Assembly (NCBI GenBank): GCA_016930485.1
Contig: JAFGGP010000021.1
Span: forward strand, 12,452 to 76,451
Source of the DNA: Candidatus Omnitrophota bacterium
GTDB taxonomy: Bacteria > Omnitrophota > Gorgyraeia > JAFGGP01
Length of the DNA stretch: 64,000 nucleotides
Direction: 5' to 3'
Shown here: in pieces, positions 17,046 to 25,652 of the stretch
How positions within the stretch are numbered: position 1 is the first letter of the stretch
Layout of the letters: every line of letters starts with the position of its first letter
Notes under the pieces: model-generated
Told to the model about the DNA's origin: nothing
Databases searched by the model: none
The model's input: only the letters and a program-made list of their open reading frames with translations
Translations under genes and position numbers: made by a program

Positions 17046-18278
17046 CTACAAAGAAATCTCTGTCTTTTCCAAGACCTGCAGTATAACCGTATTCAAATAC
17101 CGCCCTTCGGGGAAGGCAAGCGTAGTCGTGTGGTCAGGAGGCTGACCCAGCACTTCAAGAACCTGGACGTCCCTCGCCGCCAAGCCGGCGGCTATCCGAA
17201 GAGCGCCCAGAAAATCCTCCTCCGTTACCCTCCCCGAGCACGAGCTTGTTATCAGAATGCCGCCCCCTCTAAGAAGGCCAAGGCACCGCATGTTGAGGCC
17301 GGTATATGCCTTTAAGGCCTGCGCGATCTTGCCCCGGGTCTTTGCAAAGGCCGGCGGGTCGCATATCACCATATCAAAAGGAGCGGTTTTCTTCAATTCT
17401 GAAAGAAAATCAAAGACATCAGCCTTCACGTTTTTCACGCTTCCTGCCGGCAGATTATTGATCCTGAAATGTTCCCCGGCAATATCGATTGCGTCCCGCG
17501 AGGACTCGACCATCGTCACACCCTTCGCCCCGCCGCTGGCAGCATAGAGGCTGAAGGCACCGGTATAACCGAACAGATTGAGCACGTTCCTGCCGGCGGC
17601 ATACGCCCCGGTCCTCCGGCGCGCGTCTCTCTGGTCAAGAAAGAAGCCGGTTTTCTGCCCTTCCAGTACATCGGCATAAAAGCTAAGGCCGCACTCCTTG
17701 AAGAGAACCGGCCCTTCGACCTCACCCTTATGAACGCCGATAATCATATCCTTCAGTCCCTCGCGCCTGCGTATTTCGAGATCCGAGCGCTCCACAATCG
17801 CACGCGGACTAAATGTATCATCAAGTGCCCCGATAATTTCCTGACGGAAAAGCTCCATACCGGCCGTGTGAATCTGAAAGACACAGACATCGTCGTACCT
17901 GTCGACGATAAGCCCGGGAAGTGAATCGGCGTCGGCGTTGACAAGGCGATACCCGTTAGTCTCGTGGGGAAGAAATGGGTGCTTTCTCTTCTCAAGACGC
18001 TGAAACTGCCCCGCGAAAAATTCCTCATTAATCTCCGCGTCCTCATCCCGTGCAAGGATTCTTACCCTGATAGAGGTAAGGCCGTTCCACGTGCCTATGC
18101 CGAGAAATTCGTTCTTGTGTGATGTGACGCGGACAATCTCACCCGGCGACTCTCCCCGGCCTGATAAAATAGCCTCGGAAAATACCCACGGGTGGCCCGC
18201 CTTGATGGGGATTTCTTTCCTGGCTTTCAGTTGTATGGTATTACGCGTGTGTCTTTTCATCGAGAATGGCAGATACAT
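17046..18278 (-). CDS. rlmI: class I SAM-dependent rRNA methyltransferase (RlmI/RlmK-like, PUA plus methyltransferase)
   Basis: PUA-like N-terminus (HPWVFSEAI), VLNLFGYTGAFS motif I and DMVICDPPAF. Confidence 0.8.
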   Translation of the reverse strand: MYLPFSMKRHTRNTIQLKARKEIPIKAGHPWVFSEAILSGRGESPGEIVRVTSHKNEFLGIGTWNGLTSIRVRILARDEDAEINEEFFAGQFQRLEKRKHPFLPHETNGYRLVNADADSLPGLIVDRYDDVCVFQIHTAGMELFRQEIIGALDDTFSPRAIVERSDLEIRRREGLKDMIIGVHKGEVEGPVLFKECGLSFYADVLEGQKTGFFLDQRDARRRTGAYAAGRNVLNLFGYTGAFSLYAASGGAKGVTMVESSRDAIDIAGEHFRINNLPAGSVKNVKADVFDFLSELKKTAPFDMVICDPPAFAKTRGKIAQALKAYTGLNMRCLGLLRGGGILITSSCSGRVTEEDFLGALRIAAGLAARDVQVLEVLGQPPDHTTTLAFPEGRYLNTVILQVLEKTEISL

Positions 18279-18360
18279 ATTTTCTGCCGTGGTTTGCTGC
18301 TAGTCAGTAAGGGTAAAAGTAAGGATGCATTACAGGGAGGCATAGATTGTCACCGCTCCA

Positions 18361-20055
18361 TCAGGGAGCGGGGTTCTCTTGTTGATTTGTTTCTTCTTCA
18401 CTTCCTTCATCGCATTCTCTATCCAGACTCTTCTGGCGCTCAAGCGTTTTCCTGCTTACCATCTGGACTAACGGCTGGTATTCGATGATCCCGACTATTT
18501 CCTTCGACTGGGCATTCTTGACAACGGCCAGATAATCTATCTCTCTCTTACTGAAAATATCAAAGGCCTCCTTCAGCGGCTCATCCGGATACAGTACCCT
18601 GCCCACCGGCACGGCGACGTCCTTAGCGAACACAATATCATCTAACTGGGTCTCTCGGAAGACGCCCCTCAAGCTCCCCAAAGAGATCAGGCCGGTCAGC
18701 TCACCCTGATTATTCACTACCGGTAAATGATAGGCCTCCCGCTCTTTTACGGCATCCAGAATTTTGTCGAGGCTGGCGCTTTCTTTCACGAAAGAAAATT
18801 CTGTGCGCATAAAATCGCGCACCTTGCTGGACTCTATGATATCCTCCTCGGTCACATTGCGCCACGCCTCATCTGCTTTGGTAATTCCGATTTTGACAAA
18901 AATGGGTCCTATCAACTGTACCACGAACGTCGTCGCCACCACTACATTAAGAATAGTAATCCCGGTGGCGATGCCCAGCTGGCCGAGATCGCTCAAATTA
19001 TGGGCTATGGACATGGCAAGCCCTATCGCGACCCCGCCCTGCGTAAAAAGACAGATCCCGCTGTATTTCGTTACTGTTTTCCGCGCCCCGGAAAGCCACC
19101 CTCCCATCATGGAGCCGAAAATCTTACCGGCGCTGCGGCTGATTAAATACGCGATGACTATGCTTATGATAAAGAACTGGAAAAAAACGTGGATATCCAG
19201 GCTTGCCCCCACAAAGACAAAGAAAAAGATATATAATGGTATCGCCGATTCTTTGACTCGCTTGGTTAACTTTTCGCTGATTTTAGGTATTCTATTCACA
19301 ATCACGGCACCCATGGTCATCGTCGTCAGAATCAGATCCAAGCGGAAATATACCGACAGACCCACAAGGACGGCAATCCCTCCCAGAGCAAGCGACAGCA
19401 TAAATTCGTCCTTAAAATAGGAAATCAACCGTATTAAAATGATGCCGGCCAGTATGCCCAGGCCTAGACATTCGGTAAGTTCGATTAAAGGCAGGCCGAT
19501 AGAGCGCCAAAGGGAATAATGCTCGTGGGCTATCATGGCATGCGAGAATACGCTGACCAATCCGTATAAGAGAAGGGCGAGTCCGTCATCGAGCGCCACG
19601 ATCGAGGTTACCGTCGTTGTAAGCGGCCCCCGTGCCTTGTACTCCCACAGGACGTTAACGGTAGAGGCCGGATCGGTAGCAGAGGCAATGGCGCCAAAAA
19701 GCAATCCCAAATACATTTTTTTCGTGAGAAGGGTAACCGCGGCGAATACCAGAAAAAAGGCCATCATCCCTTCGGCAATAAGCACAAAATATATGGAACG
19801 TCCGTACCTATCAAATACCTCTTTCTTGAGTTCCGTTCCTATTAAAAAGCCGATGGCCCCCAGCGTGAAATTAACCAAAGGGGTAAAGGCCTCGAGGGCA
19901 TGGGACGGAAAAATCTTCAGTACAGACTTTCCCAGAAGCGCCCCTATGATGATATAGCCGACCACCTGAGGTATCTTCAGTTTTTGAAACAGGCCGCCTC
20001 CCAGAATCCCCAGAAATATAGCGATGCCTGTGAGAAAAAGTATATTGATATCCAT
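18361..20055 (-). CDS. cation:proton antiporter (CPA-type Na+/H+ exchanger) with a C-terminal CBS pair
   Basis: About 11 TM helices, then CBS-like repeats (HLPVVNNQGELTGLISL; YLAVVKNAQSKEIVGII). I use the ATG at 20055 (RBS GAGAGG). The track start is a GTG. Confidence 0.85.
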   Translation of the reverse strand: MDINILFLTGIAIFLGILGGGLFQKLKIPQVVGYIIIGALLGKSVLKIFPSHALEAFTPLVNFTLGAIGFLIGTELKKEVFDRYGRSIYFVLIAEGMMAFFLVFAAVTLLTKKMYLGLLFGAIASATDPASTVNVLWEYKARGPLTTTVTSIVALDDGLALLLYGLVSVFSHAMIAHEHYSLWRSIGLPLIELTECLGLGILAGIILIRLISYFKDEFMLSLALGGIAVLVGLSVYFRLDLILTTMTMGAVIVNRIPKISEKLTKRVKESAIPLYIFFFVFVGASLDIHVFFQFFIISIVIAYLISRSAGKIFGSMMGGWLSGARKTVTKYSGICLFTQGGVAIGLAMSIAHNLSDLGQLGIATGITILNVVVATTFVVQLIGPIFVKIGITKADEAWRNVTEEDIIESSKVRDFMRTEFSFVKESASLDKILDAVKEREAYHLPVVNNQGELTGLISLGSLRGVFRETQLDDIVFAKDVAVPVGRVLYPDEPLKEAFDIFSKREIDYLAVVKNAQSKEIVGIIEYQPLVQMVSRKTLERQKSLDRECDEGSEEETNQQENPAP

Positions 20056-20115
20056 TTCTTTACCTCTCACCCGAATGCAGAATGCAAACGGGTACCCTTT
20101 TGGTAATAAAGTTAC

Positions 20116-20144
20116 ATTATACTCCTCGATGGTAATAAGGGCAA
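20116..20144 (-). promoter_or_regulatory. sigma-70-type promoter of the antiporter gene
   Basis: The minus strand reads TTGCCC (20144-20139), a 17-nt spacer, then TATAAT (20121-20116). Confidence 0.5.
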
Positions 20145-20262
20145 GCGATGTGTAATATCTTTATTCATTGATGGTTAGAACAAACAGGAGGTGATTTTTT
20201 CTGGATATCTGATGGCGATTGCAATGTGGGGCTATTGGGGGTATGCACGGATGTCTCCTCTT

Positions 20263-22224
20263 CTACTCGTACCGCAACGCCTCTATGGGATTTAACTGAG
20301 CCGCCTTCCTGGCGGGCCACAGACCAAACCCGATGCCCACCGCGATCGAAAAAGTAGTGGATAAAACAATGCTGAAAAGCGAAACCTTTGTTGCCCATCC
20401 AAAGGCGGCGGCCATAACGAAGGCCGCGCCGGCCCCCAACACAATTCCCATGAGACCTCCGCTGAATGTCATTACGACCGACTCTATTAAAAACTGGGAG
20501 AGTATGTCTGCGCGGCGGGCCCCTATGGCCTTACGCAGACCTATCTCGCGTGTCCGCTCTGTGACAGACACCAGCATGATATTCATGATGCCGATCCCGC
20601 CGACCAGGAGGGATATCGCCGCTATACATCCCAGAAGAAGGCTCATCGTCTGTGTCGTGGAACTTAACATCTGCTGGATTTCGCTCATGTCACGGATTTC
20701 GAATGAATCGTCATTCCTGTATAACCTGTGCCGTTTCTTGATAATGTTGCCGATCTCCTCTTTTGCGTCGTCCATGAGCGAGATATCCGAAACCTCCACG
20801 TAAATCTGGTCAATATAGTCCTTACCCAGCACCCTGTACATTGCCGTAGTCAGGGGGATATAGACAACATCGTCCTGGTCGCGCCAGCCACCCGAGCCCT
20901 TCTCCGGTGCGATGCCAATTACCTTAAAGTTAATGCGGTTTATCTTTATCTCCTTACCGATTGGGTTCTTTTCGCCGAAGATTTTATTCAAAACAGTAAT
21001 CCCTATAACAGCAACCTTGTCCCGCCTGATGATCTCCTCCTTCGTAAACCACCTGCCTATCTCCGGAACCGTCGCCCTCATCCCGGCATAGTCATATCCT
21101 GCGCCCTCAATGCTCGTACTCCAGTTCTCATTTTCATAGACTACCTGGGCGCTGCCGCGGCAGCTGCCGCTCGCCCTCTTCACGTATGGAGCAAGCCCCT
21201 TGATGGCATCGATGTCCTCAAAGGTAAAACGCGTTACCGCTCCCGCACCGGTAGAGGCACCATGCATTCTGGAATGTCCGCCGCTTATAGAGAGAAGATT
21301 TGACCCCAGTGACTTCAGGCGCTGCTCCATGGATGATTTAGCACCCTCGCCCAGGGCCATCATGGCAATCACCGCCCCCACGCCGAACAGAATCCCTAAA
21401 ATCGAAAGGAAGGAACGGGCCTTGTTGGAAAAAATGGCCTGGAATGACTGATAGCAGTGCTGCATAAACTCCATCCTGCCGAGCGAAGAATGTTTCTGCG
21501 ATGCGATATCAGCGATTGACAGGGCATCATGAGCCGCGCCCTGTGGTATGCTCCCGTCCCTGCAGGTATCGTTCTGGATCTTGCCATCGCGCATCGTTAT
21601 GATTCTTTTTGCCTGCTCGGCAACCTCACGCTCATGGGTAACCATAATAATGGTTTTTCCTTCGTCGTTGAGCTTCCGGAGAATCTGCATGATTTCTTCT
21701 TCACTCTTGGTATCCAGATTTCCGGTCGGCTCATCCGCAAAGAGTATCATCGGCTCATTGACCAGCGCCCTTGCTATGGCCACCCTCTGCTGTTCCCCGC
21801 CGGAGAGCTCGTTGGGTCTGTGTTTCTGGCGCTCGGCCAGCCCCACCGCCTCCAGTTTTTCGTACGCCTTCTGCCGCATGCCCTGCTTCCCCGCGTAAAG
21901 AAGGGGCAGCTCCGTATTTTCTATGGCGCTGACGCGGCGCAACAGGTGAAACTGCTGAAAGACGAAACCGACAAGGCGGTTTCTCAGAGTGGCAAGTTCG
22001 GTATCATCTAACCGGGAGACCTCTGTATCAAATATCTTATACGAACCGTCGTCCGGCCGGTCCAAAAAGCCGAGTATGTGCAGGAGCGTTGATTTGCCTG
22101 AACCCGAAGGCCCCATAATAGCCACAAACTCACCCGCTTGTATGGAAAGGCTCACACCCTGAAGCGCGTACACCGGCACCTTATCGGTGTAGTAGGTCTT
22201 GGAAATATTATTTACTTCTATCAT
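20263..22224 (-). CDS. macB: MacB-type ABC transporter (fused ATPase and FtsX-like permease)
   Basis: Walker A GPSGSGKST, signature LSGGEQQR, Walker B ILFADEPTG, and a C-terminal 4-TM permease. Confidence 0.9.
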   Translation of the reverse strand: MIEVNNISKTYYTDKVPVYALQGVSLSIQAGEFVAIMGPSGSGKSTLLHILGFLDRPDDGSYKIFDTEVSRLDDTELATLRNRLVGFVFQQFHLLRRVSAIENTELPLLYAGKQGMRQKAYEKLEAVGLAERQKHRPNELSGGEQQRVAIARALVNEPMILFADEPTGNLDTKSEEEIMQILRKLNDEGKTIIMVTHEREVAEQAKRIITMRDGKIQNDTCRDGSIPQGAAHDALSIADIASQKHSSLGRMEFMQHCYQSFQAIFSNKARSFLSILGILFGVGAVIAMMALGEGAKSSMEQRLKSLGSNLLSISGGHSRMHGASTGAGAVTRFTFEDIDAIKGLAPYVKRASGSCRGSAQVVYENENWSTSIEGAGYDYAGMRATVPEIGRWFTKEEIIRRDKVAVIGITVLNKIFGEKNPIGKEIKINRINFKVIGIAPEKGSGGWRDQDDVVYIPLTTAMYRVLGKDYIDQIYVEVSDISLMDDAKEEIGNIIKKRHRLYRNDDSFEIRDMSEIQQMLSSTTQTMSLLLGCIAAISLLVGGIGIMNIMLVSVTERTREIGLRKAIGARRADILSQFLIESVVMTFSGGLMGIVLGAGAAFVMAAAFGWATKVSLFSIVLSTTFSIAVGIGFGLWPARKAAQLNPIEALRYE

Positions 22225-23185
22225 TGCTTTTTCTGCGGGACGGCATGAAGGGGTTCGTCCCTGTTTCCTGCTTTTTTATGGGAGAATACTTCTGCTCTCT
22301 GAGGATGACAAGATCCTCCTTGCTCAATCCGGATACTATCTCTGCGTTATTGACATCGCTCAAACCCACTTCGAGCGGCCGTTTCTCAACGCCCCTCCCA
22401 CGGCCCTTTTTTACCATTACATATTTTTTATCCCCTTCCTCCTGTATTGCCGCGACGGGTATCAACAGTACGCCGGTACGCTCTTTCTCTATGACCTCGA
22501 CATTCGCGCTCATACCAGATCTGAAAAACTCCGGGACCTCCTGAGGAAGGATATCAACGTCGTAGATCGTCACATTATTGACCAGCTCTGATTCATAGGC
22601 GATGTGGTCTACCGTCCCGTTAATTTTATTCTTTGGATAGGCGTCCAGCGTTATGATTGCCTTCTGTCCGATCTTGACCCGCCCTATATCCGTTTCATCA
22701 AACTGGGCACTGACAATCAGGCGGTCCGACAGCACCAGTAAAGCATCGCCCGTTGTGATTGTCTGGCCCGGTTCAAAAGAGCGGACGATAACTTCCCCGT
22801 CTATCGGTGAAATAATCGGCGTCTTCTTATACACCTCTTCCCAGTACTGGCGCGCCTTCTCTCCCTGTGAAGTAGCGGCGTCTACAAGGGCAGCCCGTTC
22901 CGTCGAGCTCATCCACGCCAGAATGTCCCCCTTCTTTACCATAGACCCTTCTTTCACCAGAATCTCCTCGATGCGCCCGCTGATAGACGGCTTTATCTCA
23001 AGGCGGTTCTGCGGTTGGATAACACCCGTGGTCGTCACGGTAAGTCGGATATCGCCGATTTCCGGGGTTATCTCCTGAGAGGCCTCATTCCTCGCGGCAG
23101 GGCGCCCTGCCTTAAAAAAATACCCTGCAGCAATGCATAAAACAACAATAATAAAGCCCGTGAAAAATAATTTATTCTTTGACAT
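22208..23185 (-). CDS. macA: efflux periplasmic adaptor (MacA/HlyD family)
   Basis: N-terminal TM anchor and barrel-sandwich/lipoyl-type motifs. It overlaps macB by 17 nt. Confidence 0.85.
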   Translation of the reverse strand: MSKNKLFFTGFIIVVLCIAAGYFFKAGRPAARNEASQEITPEIGDIRLTVTTTGVIQPQNRLEIKPSISGRIEEILVKEGSMVKKGDILAWMSSTERAALVDAATSQGEKARQYWEEVYKKTPIISPIDGEVIVRSFEPGQTITTGDALLVLSDRLIVSAQFDETDIGRVKIGQKAIITLDAYPKNKINGTVDHIAYESELVNNVTIYDVDILPQEVPEFFRSGMSANVEVIEKERTGVLLIPVAAIQEEGDKKYVMVKKGRGRGVEKRPLEVGLSDVNNAEIVSGLSKEDLVILREQKYSPIKKQETGTNPFMPSRRKSNDRSK

Positions 23186-24449
23186 ATTCCAGTGTCTCCC
23201 CTTTTGCCTGCAGCCAATAAGCCTCGGCCGTCAATACATTCTCCTGGGCGTCGAGATAGGCCTTCTTGGCGCTCACAAGATTATTTTCGATGATAATCCA
23301 ATCATCAAAACTGGTGAGCCCTGCCGAATACTGTGCGTTGGATATCTCTGCACGCTCCAGCCCTGCCTCCAGAAATCTCTTCTTAACGGCAACCGTCTCT
23401 ATGGCATCCTGAAAATCTTTCCAGGTCTTCTCCAACGTATAAATAACGCCGTCCCGGCCGCTGCGTTCGTTGGCCTGCGCCTGCACAAGCTGAGACTTGG
23501 CCTTCCTGAGTTGAAAAACCCTATTTCCTCCTTCAAAAACAGGCAGCGAAACGGTTAGTCCTGCTGTCCACGTATCGTCCTCCGGCGGCCAGTTCGAATG
23601 ACTTCTGCCGAATGAGCCGCTCAGGTACACCTCGGGAAAAAATTCTGCCTTAGCGGCAGTCACGTTAAACCGGGCAACCTCCTTTTTAGCAATTAATTCT
23701 TTAAGGAGCGGCGTGGTGTCCGCGAGGGCCTCGCAGTCCGGTTTGCTGGTGTCGCTCTCCTCAATCATAAAATCCCCTTCGATCCGTATGGGCGTTTTTT
23801 TATCCCTGCCCAGTTCCTTCGCCAGCTCTTGCTGTACCAGTATAAGATTTCGCTTGGCCTGCGCCACTTCAAACTCGGCCTGCGCCAGGTCTGCCTGAGC
23901 CGTTAATACGGCCCCTTTATGCTCCCTGCCGGCCTCATACCTGACCTGCACCAATTCTAGATTTTCTTTTCTCCTTTTGGCAATTTCCTCGGTGAGAGAT
24001 ATAAGTGCCTGCGCCCGCAGGAGGCCGGAAAATGCGGTCTTTAAATACAGCCTGATATTTGAGGAGGTAACCAGATAATTATACTCTTCGGCATCCAGCG
24101 ATTTTACGGCGGCGTGGATGTTTGATGTGGTTTTAAAGCCGTCGAACAGCAGTTGTTGTCCTGACACGCTGTAGGCATACGTGGTGCTTTCTTTGCTGCC
24201 GGCTGTTCTGGATTTTTTGTCGCTCAGCTGACTGGATATCTGAGGCAGCGCATCGCTGATACTCGCATTTTTGTCGGCCCTTGACTGCACCACCTTCTCT
24301 CTTGCCGCAATCAGGTCGGGATTGTTCTCCAGTGCCTCTTTAACGCAGTCATCCCACCCGAGAGTTTCTTCCGCAGCAGCAAATCCCGGCACGGTGAAAA
24401 ACCAGGCTCCGATCACTACAAGGCAGATTATAGACTGTGGTTTTTTCAT
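23172..24449 (-). CDS. TolC-family outer-membrane efflux protein
   Basis: Signal peptide, two repeated coiled-coil/beta halves, and the typical PEVYLSGSFG segment. Confidence 0.85.
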   Translation of the reverse strand: MKKPQSIICLVVIGAWFFTVPGFAAAEETLGWDDCVKEALENNPDLIAAREKVVQSRADKNASISDALPQISSQLSDKKSRTAGSKESTTYAYSVSGQQLLFDGFKTTSNIHAAVKSLDAEEYNYLVTSSNIRLYLKTAFSGLLRAQALISLTEEIAKRRKENLELVQVRYEAGREHKGAVLTAQADLAQAEFEVAQAKRNLILVQQELAKELGRDKKTPIRIEGDFMIEESDTSKPDCEALADTTPLLKELIAKKEVARFNVTAAKAEFFPEVYLSGSFGRSHSNWPPEDDTWTAGLTVSLPVFEGGNRVFQLRKAKSQLVQAQANERSGRDGVIYTLEKTWKDFQDAIETVAVKKRFLEAGLERAEISNAQYSAGLTSFDDWIIIENNLVSAKKAYLDAQENVLTAEAYWLQAKGETLEYVKE

Positions 24450-24505
24450 TGTTTATTGCAACTCTTAGATCTTAGACAGGTTAAAAAAGAAAAAGTTCCA
24501 CATAG

Positions 24506-24754
24506 TTATATCTTCTGCTGTTTTGAAAGCTCTTTTTTCAGGGCAGTAACCTTGTCTTCAAAATGTTTCAGGAATTCGGAAATACGCCTGGCAGGAACAA
24601 AACTGATTATGTCGCTTTTCCCCGGAGGACCTGACATCACAATGAGTTGGTCTCCTTGTTTAATCTTAAGGGCCTTTCTTGCCTTCATGGGAATAACAAT
24701 TTGTCCTCTCTGTCCAACAGTTACCGTGCCGTATACCTCGGGAGAATCCTTCAT
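24506..24754 (-). CDS. AbrB/MazE/SpoVT-family DNA-binding protein
   Basis: VTVGQRGQIVIPMKARKALKIKQGDQLIV swapped-hairpin motif. The ATG at 24754 is preceded by GAGGAGG. Confidence 0.8.
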   Translation of the reverse strand: MKDSPEVYGTVTVGQRGQIVIPMKARKALKIKQGDQLIVMSGPPGKSDIISFVPARRISEFLKHFEDKVTALKKELSKQQKI

Positions 24755-24843
24755 GGTTACCTCCTCAGTCGCATGCCATTCGGCAGTGTGAAAAGTATGA
24801 AATATCAGATAAATCATATGCTGTTGCGGCGGTCCTGTCAACG

Positions 24844-24875
24844 AAATAAAAAGCCCCGCTCATAAAGAGCAGGGC
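24844..24875 (-). terminator. rho-independent terminator closing the tRNA-Asn/trailer unit
   Basis: The minus strand reads GCCCTGCTC-TTTAT-GAGCGGGGC followed by TTTTTATTT. The stem has a G-U pair on this strand but a C-A mismatch on the other. Confidence 0.75.
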
Positions 24876-24890
24876 TTTTTGCCTTGAGAT

Positions 24891-24909
24891 GCTCCCCCGG
24901 TAGGACTCG
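24891..24909 (-). repeat. 19-nt exact copy of the tRNA-Asn 3' end (partner at 25089..25107)
   Basis: gctcccccggtaggactcg occurs at both positions, 198 bp apart, in direct orientation. Confidence 0.9.
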
Positions 24910-25029
24910 GCGCCTCCGCCTTCGCGGAGCTCAGGCTCCGGTCGGCCATTCGGCCGCTTTCGGCCGGTCTGCGGCTCACGGCCTTTTCCTCCCATGAGGT
25001 CGGCGCGGCCTCTCTTCTTGTCCTCCCGG

Positions 25030-25081
25030 AAAAAACTATTGAAAGCGATAGCCCCACCCGATAAGCGGGACTACCGCTTTC
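25030..25081 (-). terminator. hairpin plus T-tract immediately after the tRNA 3' end
   Basis: The minus strand reads GAAAGCGGTAG[TCCCGCTTATCGGGTGGGG]CTATCGCTTTC-AATAG-TTTTTT. The outer stem is 11 bp and contains an inner CCCG/CGGG hairpin. Confidence 0.55.
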
Positions 25082-25086
25082 TCAAT

Positions 25087-25409
25087 TGGCTCCCCCGGTA
25101 GGACTCGAACCTACGACCTAGTGGTTACAGTTATCCCTAAGTTTCCTTAGAGGCTGGACTATATCATTGCCCTTTCTCAAAGAGAGGGGGGCACCAGGCG
25201 CTTCCCCTTTAGTCGACACTAAAGAGTACTTCCTTGCGGAATAGTCTCTGCACCTTCCCTGAACCACGTAGGGTTCAGGGCTTGGCTCAGGATTACCGTG
25301 CCTTTTGCAAGTTTAGGCTTTCCTGAATTCACCCGGTTTTCACTCTACGGTTTCCCATAGAGGCTGCGCTTCGCACAGCCACCCGCTCTACCGACTGAGC
25401 TACAGGGGA
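25087..25409 (-). tRNA. tRNA-Asn(GUU) interrupted by a group I intron in the anticodon loop
   Basis: Exons 25409-25375 (35 nt) and 25127-25087 (41 nt) join to TCCCCTGTAGCTCAGTCGGTAGAGCGGGTGGCTGT|TAACCACTAGGTCGTAGGTTCGAGTCCTACCGGGGGAGCCA. This gives a full cloverleaf, anticodon loop CUGUUAA, G73 and an encoded CCA. Confidence 0.85.
25128..25374 (-). ncRNA. group I intron (IC3-like, 247 nt, no ORF)
   Basis: P1 pairs exon GGCUGU with intron GCAGCC, giving U-G at the 5' splice site. P2 is CUCUAUGG-GAAA-CCGUAGAG. The core strings GAGCCAAGC and GAAGGUGCAGAGACUA are present, and the intron ends in G. Confidence 0.85.
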
Positions 25410-25652
25410 GTGAATGTGTTTAACTCATTAAAAATAAATGAGATATCTGTTTAGAAAGAGCAATTTACAGTAGAATAAGTGTAATATTTATCACCTTAAT
25501 TGTCAAGGGGAAAGCTGGCTTCATACATTTGGAGAGAAATGGTTCGGTTGCCTCCACCTGCAACCAAAACACAGCCAAAAAAAGACCGAAAGCATCTATT
25601 CGCCTTCGGTCTGTTATGCCGGATGACTTTCTTTGAAAAGAACCGCGAGAAA

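Noticed and set aside
24765-25057. Two overlapping minus-strand ORFs (76 and 65 aa) in the tRNA trailer
   Set aside because: They read through terminator hairpins and the 19-nt tRNA-derived repeat. They are Arg/Gly/Ser/Ala-rich as expected from GC-rich structured RNA or DNA, and they have no RBS.
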